This document shows, piece after piece, positions 9,303 through 16,825 of a DNA stretch of 36,421 nt. Both the position numbers and the translations under genes were made by a program. The notes below the pieces were generated by a model. That model was not told where the DNA came from and did not search any database. It saw only the letters and a list, made by a program, of their open reading frames with translations. Every line of letters begins with the position of its first letter. The first letter of the stretch is position 1. Source of the stretch: Actinomycetota bacterium (lineage in GTDB: Bacteria; Actinomycetota; Actinomycetes; BP-191); NCBI GenBank assembly GCA_040005895.1, contig JBDTYE010000001.1, positions 1-36,421 on the forward strand, written 5' to 3'.

Positions 9303-9415
9303 CTGCGGTCTCCTCGCGTGCCTGTGCGTGTGCACCGCGGCCATCTGCCGCGCTGCGGTCAGCCAACCGGCGCGCGGCGTACGGGTCAAGGGCAGCGGCC
9401 GGGCATGATGGGCGC

Positions 9416-10003
9416 ATGACGTCAGGCGACGAGTTCACCCTGCGCCGGCACGCAGCGCGCGCCGGCGCCCTCATCGAGGTGACGCAGAGCCTTGCCGATG
9501 CCGGCACCGATCTGCCGCGGCTGGCCGACCTGGTGCTCGACCGGGTCGCGCAGCTCGTGGGTGACGCAGTCACTGTCTGGACGCTGCCTGTGGGCGCTTC
9601 CGATGTCGTCGCGGCCGGCAGCACGCACATTGACGAGCAGGCCCGGCGAATGCTCGCGGACATCCAGGTCAACGCCGGACCGCAGAGTGCCGATGGCATC
9701 ACCCGAGCCGTGATCGACACGGGTGAACCGCTCGTGATCTACGACTTCGCCTACGAGGACTACGTCGAACGCATTCACCACACGTACCGGCCGTGGATGA
9801 AGCAGTACGGAGCGAGCAGCCTGGCGGTGTTGCCGATGCGGGCTCGCGGACGGGTGCTCGGCGCCATCGGCGCAACGCGGGACCGGGGGAGGCCGCAGTA
9901 CACGCAGTTCGAGATCGACTTCATGCAGGCGATCGCAGACATCGCCGCTGTGGCGTTCGACAACGCGCACCTTCTCGCCGGCGAGGGCAACTCCCCGAGC
10001 TGA
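9416..10003 (+). CDS. GAF domain-containing protein
   Basis: 195 aa from the ATG at 9416 (MTSGDEF...). The pattern ...SLAVLPMRARGRVLGAIGATRD...FEIDFMQAIADIAAVAFDNAHL is typical of a stand-alone GAF domain. The rest of the 8756..10003 ORF is antisense shadow of the BNR gene. Confidence 0.75.
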   Translation: MTSGDEFTLRRHAARAGALIEVTQSLADAGTDLPRLADLVLDRVAQLVGDAVTVWTLPVGASDVVAAGSTHIDEQARRMLADIQVNAGPQSADGITRAVIDTGEPLVIYDFAYEDYVERIHHTYRPWMKQYGASSLAVLPMRARGRVLGAIGATRDRGRPQYTQFEIDFMQAIADIAAVAFDNAHLLAGEGNSPS

Positions 10004-10110
10004 TTTCTCCGGGATCGGCTGATTCCGCCGTGAGTACTCGACTTCACCCGACGGTTGGTGGTTCAGCGTGTCGTCAACCGGTGGCTGGTTTGTTCCGTCA
10101 TGCTCAATGC

Positions 10111-10149
10111 GTGAAGGCCCCTCCAAGTATGAGTTGGAGGGGCCTTCAC
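10111..10149 (-). terminator. Hairpin GTGAAGGCCCCTCCAA-GTATGAG-TTGGAGGGGCCTTCAC (perfect 16-bp stem, 7-nt loop)
   Basis: Read directly. There is no U-tract on either strand, which is common for actinobacterial terminators. It could also terminate the GAF gene from the plus strand. Confidence 0.5.
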
Positions 10150-10357
10150 CGGGTCCCGGTTGCCCGCGACCCCTGCCACCGAAAGCGGCACCCGCCGCTG
10201 CCGACTCAGTCCGCTGCGTCGCGCGGGTCGCCCCGTGCATCGCTGCGTCGCTGTGCCTGGCTGCGTCCGTTGCCCCTCCGTTGGCGCCGGCTTCGGTTTC
10301 CCTCCGCCGTGGCGCCTCCGGATGGTCCCGGTAGCGAGCCTCCGTGTTCGGTGACGT
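10111..10357 (-). ncRNA. Candidate structured sRNA, copy A (about 245 nt; boundaries inferred from promoter and hairpin)
   Basis: Lies between a conserved minus-strand promoter (10364..10393) and a perfect 16-bp-stem hairpin (10111..10149). No ORF is conserved with copy B. The 5' CACCGAA can pair with TTCGGTG just upstream of the terminal hairpin. Confidence 0.4.
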
Positions 10358-10363
10358 GCAGCG

Positions 10364-10393
10364 ATTTCTAACGGTCCCGCGAGCGCGTGGCAA
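10364..10393 (-). promoter_or_regulatory. Candidate sigma-70/HrdB-type promoter, unit A: TTGCCA-N17-TAGAAAT
   Basis: On the minus strand the -35 TTGCCA is at 10388..10393 and TAGAAAT is at 10364..10370. Both hexamers and the 17-nt spacing are conserved with unit B, but the spacer sequence is not. An A5 tract lies about 28 nt upstream of the -35. Confidence 0.55.
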
Positions 10394-10601
10394 GAGGGTT
10401 GGCGAACTTTGTTCCGAGAAGTTTTTCTTTCCACAGCTTGCGCAGGGTTTTCCCCTGAACCCAAAGGGTTTTCCACCTCGCCGTGCACAGCTGCATCCAC
10501 ACCCGGACCGTTATGCAGTCCGGCCGGAGGCAGCCGCCGCGCCCTCGCTGACGGGGCGATGAGATGGCGATCATGCGGGCCGAAAAGGTCCGGAAATAGG
10601 T

Positions 10602-10640
10602 GTGAGGGCCCCTCCAAGTATGAGTTGGAGGGACCCTCAC
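10602..10640 (-). terminator. Hairpin GTGAGGGCCCCTCCAA-GTATGAG-TTGGAGGGACCCTCAC (16-bp stem, one mismatch)
   Basis: Paralogue of the 10111..10149 hairpin with an identical loop. Stem position 5/35 changes from A-T to G-C, a compensatory change. Confidence 0.5.
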
Positions 10641-10857
10641 GTGGTCAGCTCTTGCGAACTGACCCAGCCACCGTTTTCGAGCGCCTCACGCGACCTGCTC
10701 GCCTTCGTCCGCCCCTACCGGAGTCGCCTCCGATCAGTACGAACGTCCGCGTGCCTGCCACTCCCTCTGGCGGTCCTGCCATCGCGCCACGACTCCGGTT
10801 GCCCTTCGCCGTGCCACTCCGGAGACCTCCCGGTGCGAGTCGCCGTGCTCGGTGACG
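10602..10857 (-). ncRNA. Candidate structured sRNA, copy B (about 255 nt; boundaries inferred)
   Basis: Same architecture as copy A: promoter at 10864..10893 and hairpin at 10602..10640. The 5' CACCGAGC can pair with GCTC...GGTG before the hairpin, so the A-to-G change relative to copy A is matched on the partner strand. Confidence 0.4.
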
Positions 10858-10863
10858 TGGGTG

Positions 10864-10893
10864 ATTTCTAAACCAGCCGAACCCCCATGGCAA
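10864..10893 (-). promoter_or_regulatory. Candidate sigma-70/HrdB-type promoter, unit B: TTGCCA-N17-TAGAAAT
   Basis: On the minus strand the -35 TTGCCA is at 10888..10893 and TAGAAAT is at 10864..10870, exactly 500 bp from the unit A elements. An A6 tract lies about 25 nt upstream of the -35. Confidence 0.55.
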
Positions 10894-10925
10894 GAGGAAA
10901 TCCGAAGTATTTCCAGGATTTTTTG

Positions 10926-11048
10926 CTGTCCACAGCGGCTGCCTGCTTGTCCCCCGAAATCTCCTCGTTTTCCCCCGGCCGCTCCCCGTTGTCCACCGGT
11001 TGTACACGGGTTCGTCCACAGCGCAGGTTTGCCGGCCCGTTGTCCACA
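10926..11048 (+). promoter_or_regulatory. Cluster of same-orientation TTGTCCACA-type 9-mers (actinobacterial DnaA-box consensus)
   Basis: The 9-mers are:
- CTGTCCACA 10926..10934;
- TTGTCCACC 10989..10997;
- TTGTACACG 11000..11008;
- TCGTCCACA 11012..11020;
- TTGTCCACA 11040..11048 (perfect).
Weaker TCCAC(A/C) cognates sit at the equivalent places in unit A (10427..10435, 10469..10477, 10493..10501). Confidence 0.4.
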
Positions 11049-11123
11049 CCCGGGAAATCCCGAGATGTCGGAGTGGCTAACGTGACGCCCCATGACGGGT
11101 AACCAGCAGTCGCCGGCCCGCTG

Positions 11124-11417
11124 ATGTGCGGCATCGAAGTCCAGGTCGAGTCGCTGGCCGACGTCGGCAGGCGGCTCACGCTCGCCGCCCAGGTGGCCGG
11201 TGACATCGAGAAGCTGTGGGCCGCACCGGATCTGCTGGCGGGCGCCCGTGATTGCGGTGACGAGCAGTTCGCCGGGGCTATCGCCCGCTTCCTCCTCACG
11301 TGGGGCTATGGGTGCGCCGCCCTGCACGCTGACGCCAAGACGCTCGCGGGCCTGCTCAGAAGGGCCGGTGCCATCTACCTCGATGTGGAATCGGCGATCG
11401 CTGCCGGTGCTCCATGA
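11124..11417 (+). CDS. EspC/DUF2580-like small helical protein (type VII secretion target-like)
   Basis: 97 aa. The N-terminal IEVQVESLADVGRRL... and C-terminal ...LAGLLRRAGAIYLDVESAIAAG resemble the EspC-type pattern (L.V.p..L ... aa..Y...d.a). Its stop overlaps the start of the next gene (ATGA at 11414..11417). Confidence 0.5.
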   Translation: MCGIEVQVESLADVGRRLTLAAQVAGDIEKLWAAPDLLAGARDCGDEQFAGAIARFLLTWGYGCAALHADAKTLAGLLRRAGAIYLDVESAIAAGAP

Positions 11418-12880
11418 CCGAGCTCACTGCAGGTGCCGGCGCGACGACGCTCCTTCCCGGTAACCCGGAATCTGTCCGGGATCTGGCCCGGCGACTGGAG
11501 ACCCTTGCCGGCGGGCTCGACGACGCGGCCGTCCACTTGGCTGCAATCCAGTCGGGCACCTGGCGTGGCAGCGCCGGAGACGCGTTCAGGTCGGTGCTCG
11601 ACGAGCAGCCGGCGACCTTCCGTCGTGCGGCGGCGTCCTTCGGCCAGGCGCGCGTGGCGTGCACCCACTACGCGGATGTGCTGGAGGGCGCGCAGCGCAC
11701 GGCCGCTCGGGCTGCGTCGGAATTCGATTAATCGCAGCGGGTCACGCGCGGATGGCAGGCCCAGGTCTCGGCATACCGGTCGGCGATGCATCCCTGCCTG
11801 CCCGTCGGCGCTCCGGCACCTACGCCGCAGTCACTGGGCCCACAGCCGCCGGCCATCGATCCCGGGGCCGGCCAACGGCTGTACGCCGAGTCGTTGCTCG
11901 AGGGGGCACGTGCCGAGGTGCGCGCCACGGGCGGTCGCGCTGCCGCGATGATCGAGGAAGCGGCCCGAAGCGCGCCCAGGCGACCCAACCTCCTGCATCA
12001 GGCGGGACACCAGTTCACGGAATTCGGAGGCGGTCTCGGGCAAGCTGTTGTGGGCATGGCTGACTTCGTCGTCACCTACAGCCCGGAGCGGCTGGCGCTG
12101 GACCCGGACGGATGGGCCGATGACGTGGAGTTGCTCGGCCACGGTCTGAAGAGTTCGGCTCGGCACCCTGACCGGTTCGCGGCAGCCGTGCTCGACCTGA
12201 AGACGTGGGAGACGTCACCGGCACGGGCGCTGGGGCATCTGGCGCCGACCGTGTTCCTGGCGGCCGCTACTGCCGGCGGCAGCGCTGTTGCCACCGCGAG
12301 CGCAGAGGCCGTCACCGCCACCGCCACCGGCGCGGCGGTGGCCGGTGGCATCAGCGAGGTGGCGAAGGGTTCAACCATCGTTCCTGCTCTCGCCGATGTG
12401 GGGGAGCTCGATCGGCTTCGGCACGAGGTGTCCGGGGGCAGCCACCCAGCGGGGTTCACACCTGGTGATGGATCGGCGGCAGCGCGCGCGACCGCGGAGC
12501 ACATCGCACTGGGCGGAAATGTCGAGAGTGCCTGGTACAACACGAGACTGCGCGCAGGCGACGTGATCGCAACAGTCGAATCCGGTACACGCGATGGCGC
12601 CGACAACGTCATGGCCGTGCCGGTCCGCAGCGCGCCCGCGATGGCCGACCGCGAGCAGGGAGCGCCGATGCCTGGCTCGGTCTCTGCGAGACTCACGTCG
12701 ATCACGGTGTACCGGATCAGCAAGGACATCGACGTCGCCGCCGCTCACGCTCGGCAAATCCGACCACCGGGCTTCATCGGGCCGATGGCTGCGAACTCGA
12801 TCCGCATCTACATTCCCGATCTGCGCGACCTCATCGCCCGCGGCGTCCTCACTCCAGTTCAGATCCCGGTCGGCAGCTAG
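11414..12880 (+). pseudogene. T7SS-signal (WXG-like) N-terminal domain polymorphic-toxin-like gene interrupted by an in-frame TAA at 11729..11731
   Basis: ORFs 11414..11731 and 11786..12880 are in the same frame and separated only by the TAA. The N-terminal part, LLPGNPESVRDLARRLETLA...GTWRGSAGDAFRSVL...FGQARVACTHYADVLEGAQRTAARA, matches the family annotated as putative T7SS-secreted proteins. The helical pattern continues straight across the stop (EFD*SQRVTRGWQAQVSAYRSAM...DPGAGQRLYAESLLEGARAEV). Confidence 0.65.
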
Positions 12881-12886
12881 ACCTGC

Positions 12887-15800
12887 TCACTGACGAAGCT
12901 GGTCGATGGCGCGCACTACCCGCTGCTCGGAAACCGGATACGCGGTCTTCAGCACCTGCGCGAAATAGCTGATGCGCAGCTCCTCGATCATCCAGCGGAT
13001 CTGCGTGACCGCCTCGTCGCTCCGGCGAGCGGCCGGCAGGGAGGCGACGAGGTCGGCGTACTGCTGCTGCACGTGTTCGACTGCTTGCATCCACCCGCGG
13101 TCGCGGGCCGGGTTGTCCGGCAGCTTCTCCAACCGGCGTTCTATGCCCTGCACGTAGCGAGCGACGTCACCGAGTCGCGGCACTCCCGTCTCCGTCACGA
13201 ACCCTGGGTAGACCAGCGCCTTGAGCTGGCTGCGCATGTCGGTCAGTGCTGGCAGCACTATCAGACTGGTGGCGTTCCCGAGCCGAGGCTCGAGGTCGGC
13301 GGTTGTCGACAGAATCCGTGCGACCTGGATCACGACGGCGTACGCCGCCTCGGCCAGTCCCGCCCGCACCACCGTCAGCAGCTTTGTCCAGTCGGCTTCG
13401 CTCCAGACGAGCCCGCCGTTGGCCGCGACCAGCGAATCGATCGCGCAGTCGGTGCAATCGGCAAAAAGTGCGGCCGGGCTGTTGTGGGGCGGGTGTGACA
13501 GGGCCAGCTTGGTCTCGTTGGTCAACCGTGACAGTACCGAGCGCGTCGGCGCGGGGGCGTTGAGCGCCAGCAATCGGCGCAACCCAAGACGCATCGAAGC
13601 GAGTTGCTCGGCCGGTGTCGGAAGAACGCGCAGTGCCACCGACTCGCCGGCCGCCACCAGTGCCGGGTAGCCCACGATCCGGTGGCCGTCGCGGGTCTCC
13701 TCGAAGATCTGCGCCACGTCGCCGAAGTCCCAGCTACGCAGGCCGGTTCGCTCGATAGATGCAGCGACCCGCGAGACGGTGGCTCGGACGGTCGGCTGCA
13801 GCTGGTGCTTCAGGGCGTCGAGATCCGGCGACTCGCCCAGGGTGCGACCGTCGTCGGCGACGACCCGGAAGGTCATCAGCAGGTGCGCCGGCACCCGCTC
13901 CGGCGCGAAGTCCGACCCCAGCACGACCACGCCTGCCATCGCGGTGAGCTCTCGTGCCAGAGCGATTGTGAGCTGCTCGGCGTACGGCGTCATCCGCTCG
14001 CGCGCCGCTTTGGCGTAGTTGGGCGCTGGAATGAAGCTGGTGCGGATGGCCTTGGGCAGTGAGCGGATGAGCGCAGTGATCAGGTCCTCGCGCAATGCGG
14101 GGATCTGCCAGCCGAAGGCTTGCGATTCGACCCGGTTGAGGATTGCCAGTGGTAGCACCACGGTGACGCCGTCAGCCGCACCTCCGGGATCGAAATGGTA
14201 GACGAGCCGCAGCGACAGGTCTCCGTAGGGCCAGTTGTCCGGGTAGTCGCTCTCCCGCACGCGCTCGCCTGCGATCAGCATTTCTCGTGAGAACGTCAGA
14301 AGGTCGGGGCGGGTACGCCGCTCCAGTTTCCACCAGGCATCGAAGTGCCGGCCCGAGACCACGTCCGCGGGTATCCGTTCGTCGTAGAACGCGAACAGGT
14401 CGTCGTCCGAGACGAGGATGTCGCGGCGGCGGACCCGGTGCTCGAGCTGCTCGACTTCGTCGAGCAGTTCGCGGTTGCGCGCGAAGAACGCGTGGTGCGT
14501 ACGCCAGTCGCCCTCGACCAGCGCATGCCTGATGAACAGTTCGCGGGCGAGTGCCGGGTCGACCTCCGAGTAGGTCACCTTGCGACCCGTGACCAGCGGT
14601 ACGCCGTAGAGCGTCACCCGCTCGAAGGCGACGACGGCGCCGTGCCGCGCCTCCCAGTGCGGCTCGTTGTAGGTGCGCGCGACGAGGTGCGCCGCAAGGG
14701 GCTCGACCCATTCGGGCTCGATCCGCGCGATGATCCGCCCCCACAGCCGGGAGGTCTCCACGAGCTCGGCCGCCATCGCGAAGCGCGGCGGCTTCTTGTA
14801 GAGCGCGGACCCGGGAAACACCGCGAATCGCGCACCGCGGGCGCCGAGATAGTCCTTCTTCTCGGCATCCCGCAGGCCGATGTGCGAGAGCAGGCCGGCG
14901 AGCAGGGAGATGTGCATGCGCATCGGTGCGGCGACCTGCTTGTCGTCGGTCCGGATACCGATGCTGCGGGCGGCGGAGCGCAGCTGGCTGTAGAGGTCCT
15001 GCCACTCGCGGACGCGCAGGTAATGGAGGAATTCGCCCTTGCACAGCCTGCGAAAGGCGCTCGAGGAAAGCGCCCGCTGCTGCTCCTGCAGGTGGTTCCA
15101 CAGGTTGAGGTAGGCCAGGAAATCCGACGTCGGGTCGGCGAAACGGGCATGGAGCTGGTCGGCGTACTGCTGCTTGTCCACCGGACGCTCCCGCGGGTCC
15201 TGGATCGACAGCCCGGCAGCGATGACGAGGACCTCGTGCACGCAGCCGTTCCGGTCGGCCTCGACGACCATGCGCGCCAGCCGCGGGTCGACCGGCAGTT
15301 GCGCGAGCTGCCTGCCGATCGCAGTCAGTTGCTTCTTCGGGTCGGTCCGGCCCGGCTCGAACGCGCCGAGTTCCTCGAGCAGCTGTACGCCGTCCCGCAC
15401 GTTGCGCCGGTCCGGCGGGTCGAGGAACGGGAACGCGCCGATGTCGCCGAGGCCGAGCGAGGTCATGGCGAGAATGACCGATGCCAGGCTGGTCCTGACG
15501 ATCTCGGGGTCGGTGAACTCGGGCCTCTGGAGGAAGTCTTCTTCCGCGTACAGCCTGATGCAGATGCCGTCGGAAAGCCTGCCACAGCGGCCTTTCCGCT
15601 GGTTCGCCGAGGCCTGCGAGATCGACTCGATCGGCAGTCGCTGCACTTTGAGCCGCTGGCTGTAGCGGGAGATACGCGCGGTGCCGGGATCAACGACGTA
15701 CCGGATGCCAGGGACGGTCAGTGAGGTCTCCGCGACGTTGGTCGCGAGCACGACGCGCCGCTCGGAGTGCCGTTCGAAGACCCGGTGCTGCTCGGCCGAT

Positions 15801-16771
15801 GACAGCCGGGCGTAGAGGGGCAGGATTTCGGTGTCGGGAAGCCGCAGGCCGTTGAGCGCGTCGGCCGTGTCGCGGATCTCCCGCTCGCCGGAGAGGAACA
15901 CCAGGACGTCGCCGGCACCCTCCGTCCAGAGTTCCTCGACGGCGTTGCTGATTGCCTGGATCTGATCGACGTCGATGTCGTCGTCGAAGGGCCGGTAACG
16001 CACTTCGACCGGGTAGGTCCGGCCGGACACTTCGACGACGGGCGCATCGCCGAAGTGCGCAGAGAACCTCAGCGGGTCGATGGTCGCGGACGTGATGACG
16101 ACCTTGAGGTCGGGCCGGCGGGGGAGCAGCGCTTTGAGGTAGCCGAGGATGAAATCGATGTTGAGGCTGCGCTCGTGCGCCTCGTCGATGATCAGCGTGT
16201 CGTACTGCCACAAGGACCGGTCGTTCTGCAGTTCGGCGAGCAGGATCCCGTCGGTCATCACCTTGACCAGCGTGTTGTCGCTGGAGTGATCGGTGAACCT
16301 GATCTTGTATCCGACAGTTTCGCCGATCGTCGTACCCAGCTCCTCGGCGATCCGGTCGGCGACGGATCGCGCGGCGATGCGCCGCGGCTGGGTGTGGCCG
16401 ATGGTGCCGGTGACGCCGCGGCCGAGTTCGAGGCAGATCTTGGGCAGCTGGGTGGTTTTACCCGAGCCGGTTTCGCCCGCGACGATGACGACCTGATGGT
16501 CTCGGATCGCGGCCAGGATCTCGTCCTTGGCCAAGCTGATCGGCAGATCCGGCGGATAGCGGATCTCTGGTATGCCGCCTGAGCGGCTGGCGATCCGGGC
16601 CGCCGCGGCGTCGAACCGGGCCGTGAGATCGGCAAGCGCCGTCTGCGCGCGGGCTGGATCGAGCTTGCGGGTGTGATCGAGGCGACGCGCCAGATCGCGC
16701 TGATCGCGCAACATCAGCCGCGGAATGCGCTCGGCCAGCTCCTCGGCGAGCGTGACGGCTGACATCTCCAT
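12887..16771 (-). CDS. hrpA: ATP-dependent RNA helicase HrpA (DEAH-box)
   Basis: 1294 aa from the ATG at 16771 (MEMSAVTLAEEL...). Motifs: GETGSGKTTQLPK, IIDEAHERS, SATID, TNVAETSLTVPGI, QRKGRCGR, plus the long HrpA C-terminal region. The upstream 149 codons of the ORF are Arg-rich shadow that overlaps the divergent gene. Confidence 0.95.
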   Translation of the reverse strand: MEMSAVTLAEELAERIPRLMLRDQRDLARRLDHTRKLDPARAQTALADLTARFDAAAARIASRSGGIPEIRYPPDLPISLAKDEILAAIRDHQVVIVAGETGSGKTTQLPKICLELGRGVTGTIGHTQPRRIAARSVADRIAEELGTTIGETVGYKIRFTDHSSDNTLVKVMTDGILLAELQNDRSLWQYDTLIIDEAHERSLNIDFILGYLKALLPRRPDLKVVITSATIDPLRFSAHFGDAPVVEVSGRTYPVEVRYRPFDDDIDVDQIQAISNAVEELWTEGAGDVLVFLSGEREIRDTADALNGLRLPDTEILPLYARLSSAEQHRVFERHSERRVVLATNVAETSLTVPGIRYVVDPGTARISRYSQRLKVQRLPIESISQASANQRKGRCGRLSDGICIRLYAEEDFLQRPEFTDPEIVRTSLASVILAMTSLGLGDIGAFPFLDPPDRRNVRDGVQLLEELGAFEPGRTDPKKQLTAIGRQLAQLPVDPRLARMVVEADRNGCVHEVLVIAAGLSIQDPRERPVDKQQYADQLHARFADPTSDFLAYLNLWNHLQEQQRALSSSAFRRLCKGEFLHYLRVREWQDLYSQLRSAARSIGIRTDDKQVAAPMRMHISLLAGLLSHIGLRDAEKKDYLGARGARFAVFPGSALYKKPPRFAMAAELVETSRLWGRIIARIEPEWVEPLAAHLVARTYNEPHWEARHGAVVAFERVTLYGVPLVTGRKVTYSEVDPALARELFIRHALVEGDWRTHHAFFARNRELLDEVEQLEHRVRRRDILVSDDDLFAFYDERIPADVVSGRHFDAWWKLERRTRPDLLTFSREMLIAGERVRESDYPDNWPYGDLSLRLVYHFDPGGAADGVTVVLPLAILNRVESQAFGWQIPALREDLITALIRSLPKAIRTSFIPAPNYAKAARERMTPYAEQLTIALARELTAMAGVVVLGSDFAPERVPAHLLMTFRVVADDGRTLGESPDLDALKHQLQPTVRATVSRVAASIERTGLRSWDFGDVAQIFEETRDGHRIVGYPALVAAGESVALRVLPTPAEQLASMRLGLRRLLALNAPAPTRSVLSRLTNETKLALSHPPHNSPAALFADCTDCAIDSLVAANGGLVWSEADWTKLLTVVRAGLAEAAYAVVIQVARILSTTADLEPRLGNATSLIVLPALTDMRSQLKALVYPGFVTETGVPRLGDVARYVQGIERRLEKLPDNPARDRGWMQAVEHVQQQYADLVASLPAARRSDEAVTQIRWMIEELRISYFAQVLKTAYPVSEQRVVRAIDQLRQ

Positions 16772-16825
16772 GGGTCGGGTCAGAATACCGAGAGCGGTAG
16801 CCTCGGGTGACCCTAGGAGCCACGG

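Larger units (their letters stand above)
10101..11070. repeat. Tandem duplication of a unit of about 500 bp (unit A about 10101..10600, unit B about 10601..11070)
   Basis: Collinear conserved blocks occur at offsets of 491 to 547 bp:
- the 39-nt hairpin (36/39 identical);
- TCGGTGACGTG..GATTTCTAA (offset exactly 500);
- TGGCAAGAGG;
- TCCACAGC;
- TCCACACCCGG.
The sequence between the blocks has diverged. Confidence 0.85.

Noticed and set aside
8756-9415. Upstream 220 codons of the 415-aa ORF that ends in the GAF domain
   Set aside because: It is Arg/Pro-rich and lies antisense to the BNR propeller gene. The GAF protein starts plausibly at ATG 9416, after the propeller gene's start at 9302.
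10111-10857. Known housekeeping RNAs (RNase P RNA, tmRNA, SRP RNA)
   Set aside because: The hallmark strings are absent. There is no GAGGAAAGTCCGG-type RNase P core, no tRNA-like tmRNA 3' end (GGTTCGA.TCC...CCA), and no SRP GGAA/AGCA domain IV motif.
10101-11070. CRISPR array or transposon ends, because of the repeated hairpins
   Set aside because: There are only two copies about 491 bp apart, with no short regular repeat-spacer periodicity. No cas, transposase or integrase genes and no target-site duplications were seen.
10004-11123. Chromosomal oriC, because of the DnaA-box-like 9-mers
   Set aside because: There is no dnaA/dnaN context, only about five boxes, and no obvious AT-rich unwinding element. 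It is retained only as a DnaA-box-like regulatory cluster.
10063-11327. Minus- and plus-strand ORFs across the gap (for example 10063..10617, 10645..11049, 10734..11327, 10409..10855), and a possible 29-aa Arg-rich peptide behind a GGGAGG in unit B
   Set aside because: None is conserved between the two repeat units in frame, start codon or SD, and all have shadow-ORF composition. Conservation falls instead on promoter hexamers and paired stem positions, which favours an RNA or regulatory function.
12575-12583. GTCGAATCC string resembling a tRNA T-arm
   Set aside because: It lies inside the toxin-like coding frame, and no acceptor or anticodon stems can be drawn around it.
14345-15724. 459-aa plus-strand ORF inside hrpA
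   Set aside because: It is an antisense shadow of a gene with unambiguous DEAH-helicase motifs, and its composition is Arg/Asp/Val-biased nonsense.
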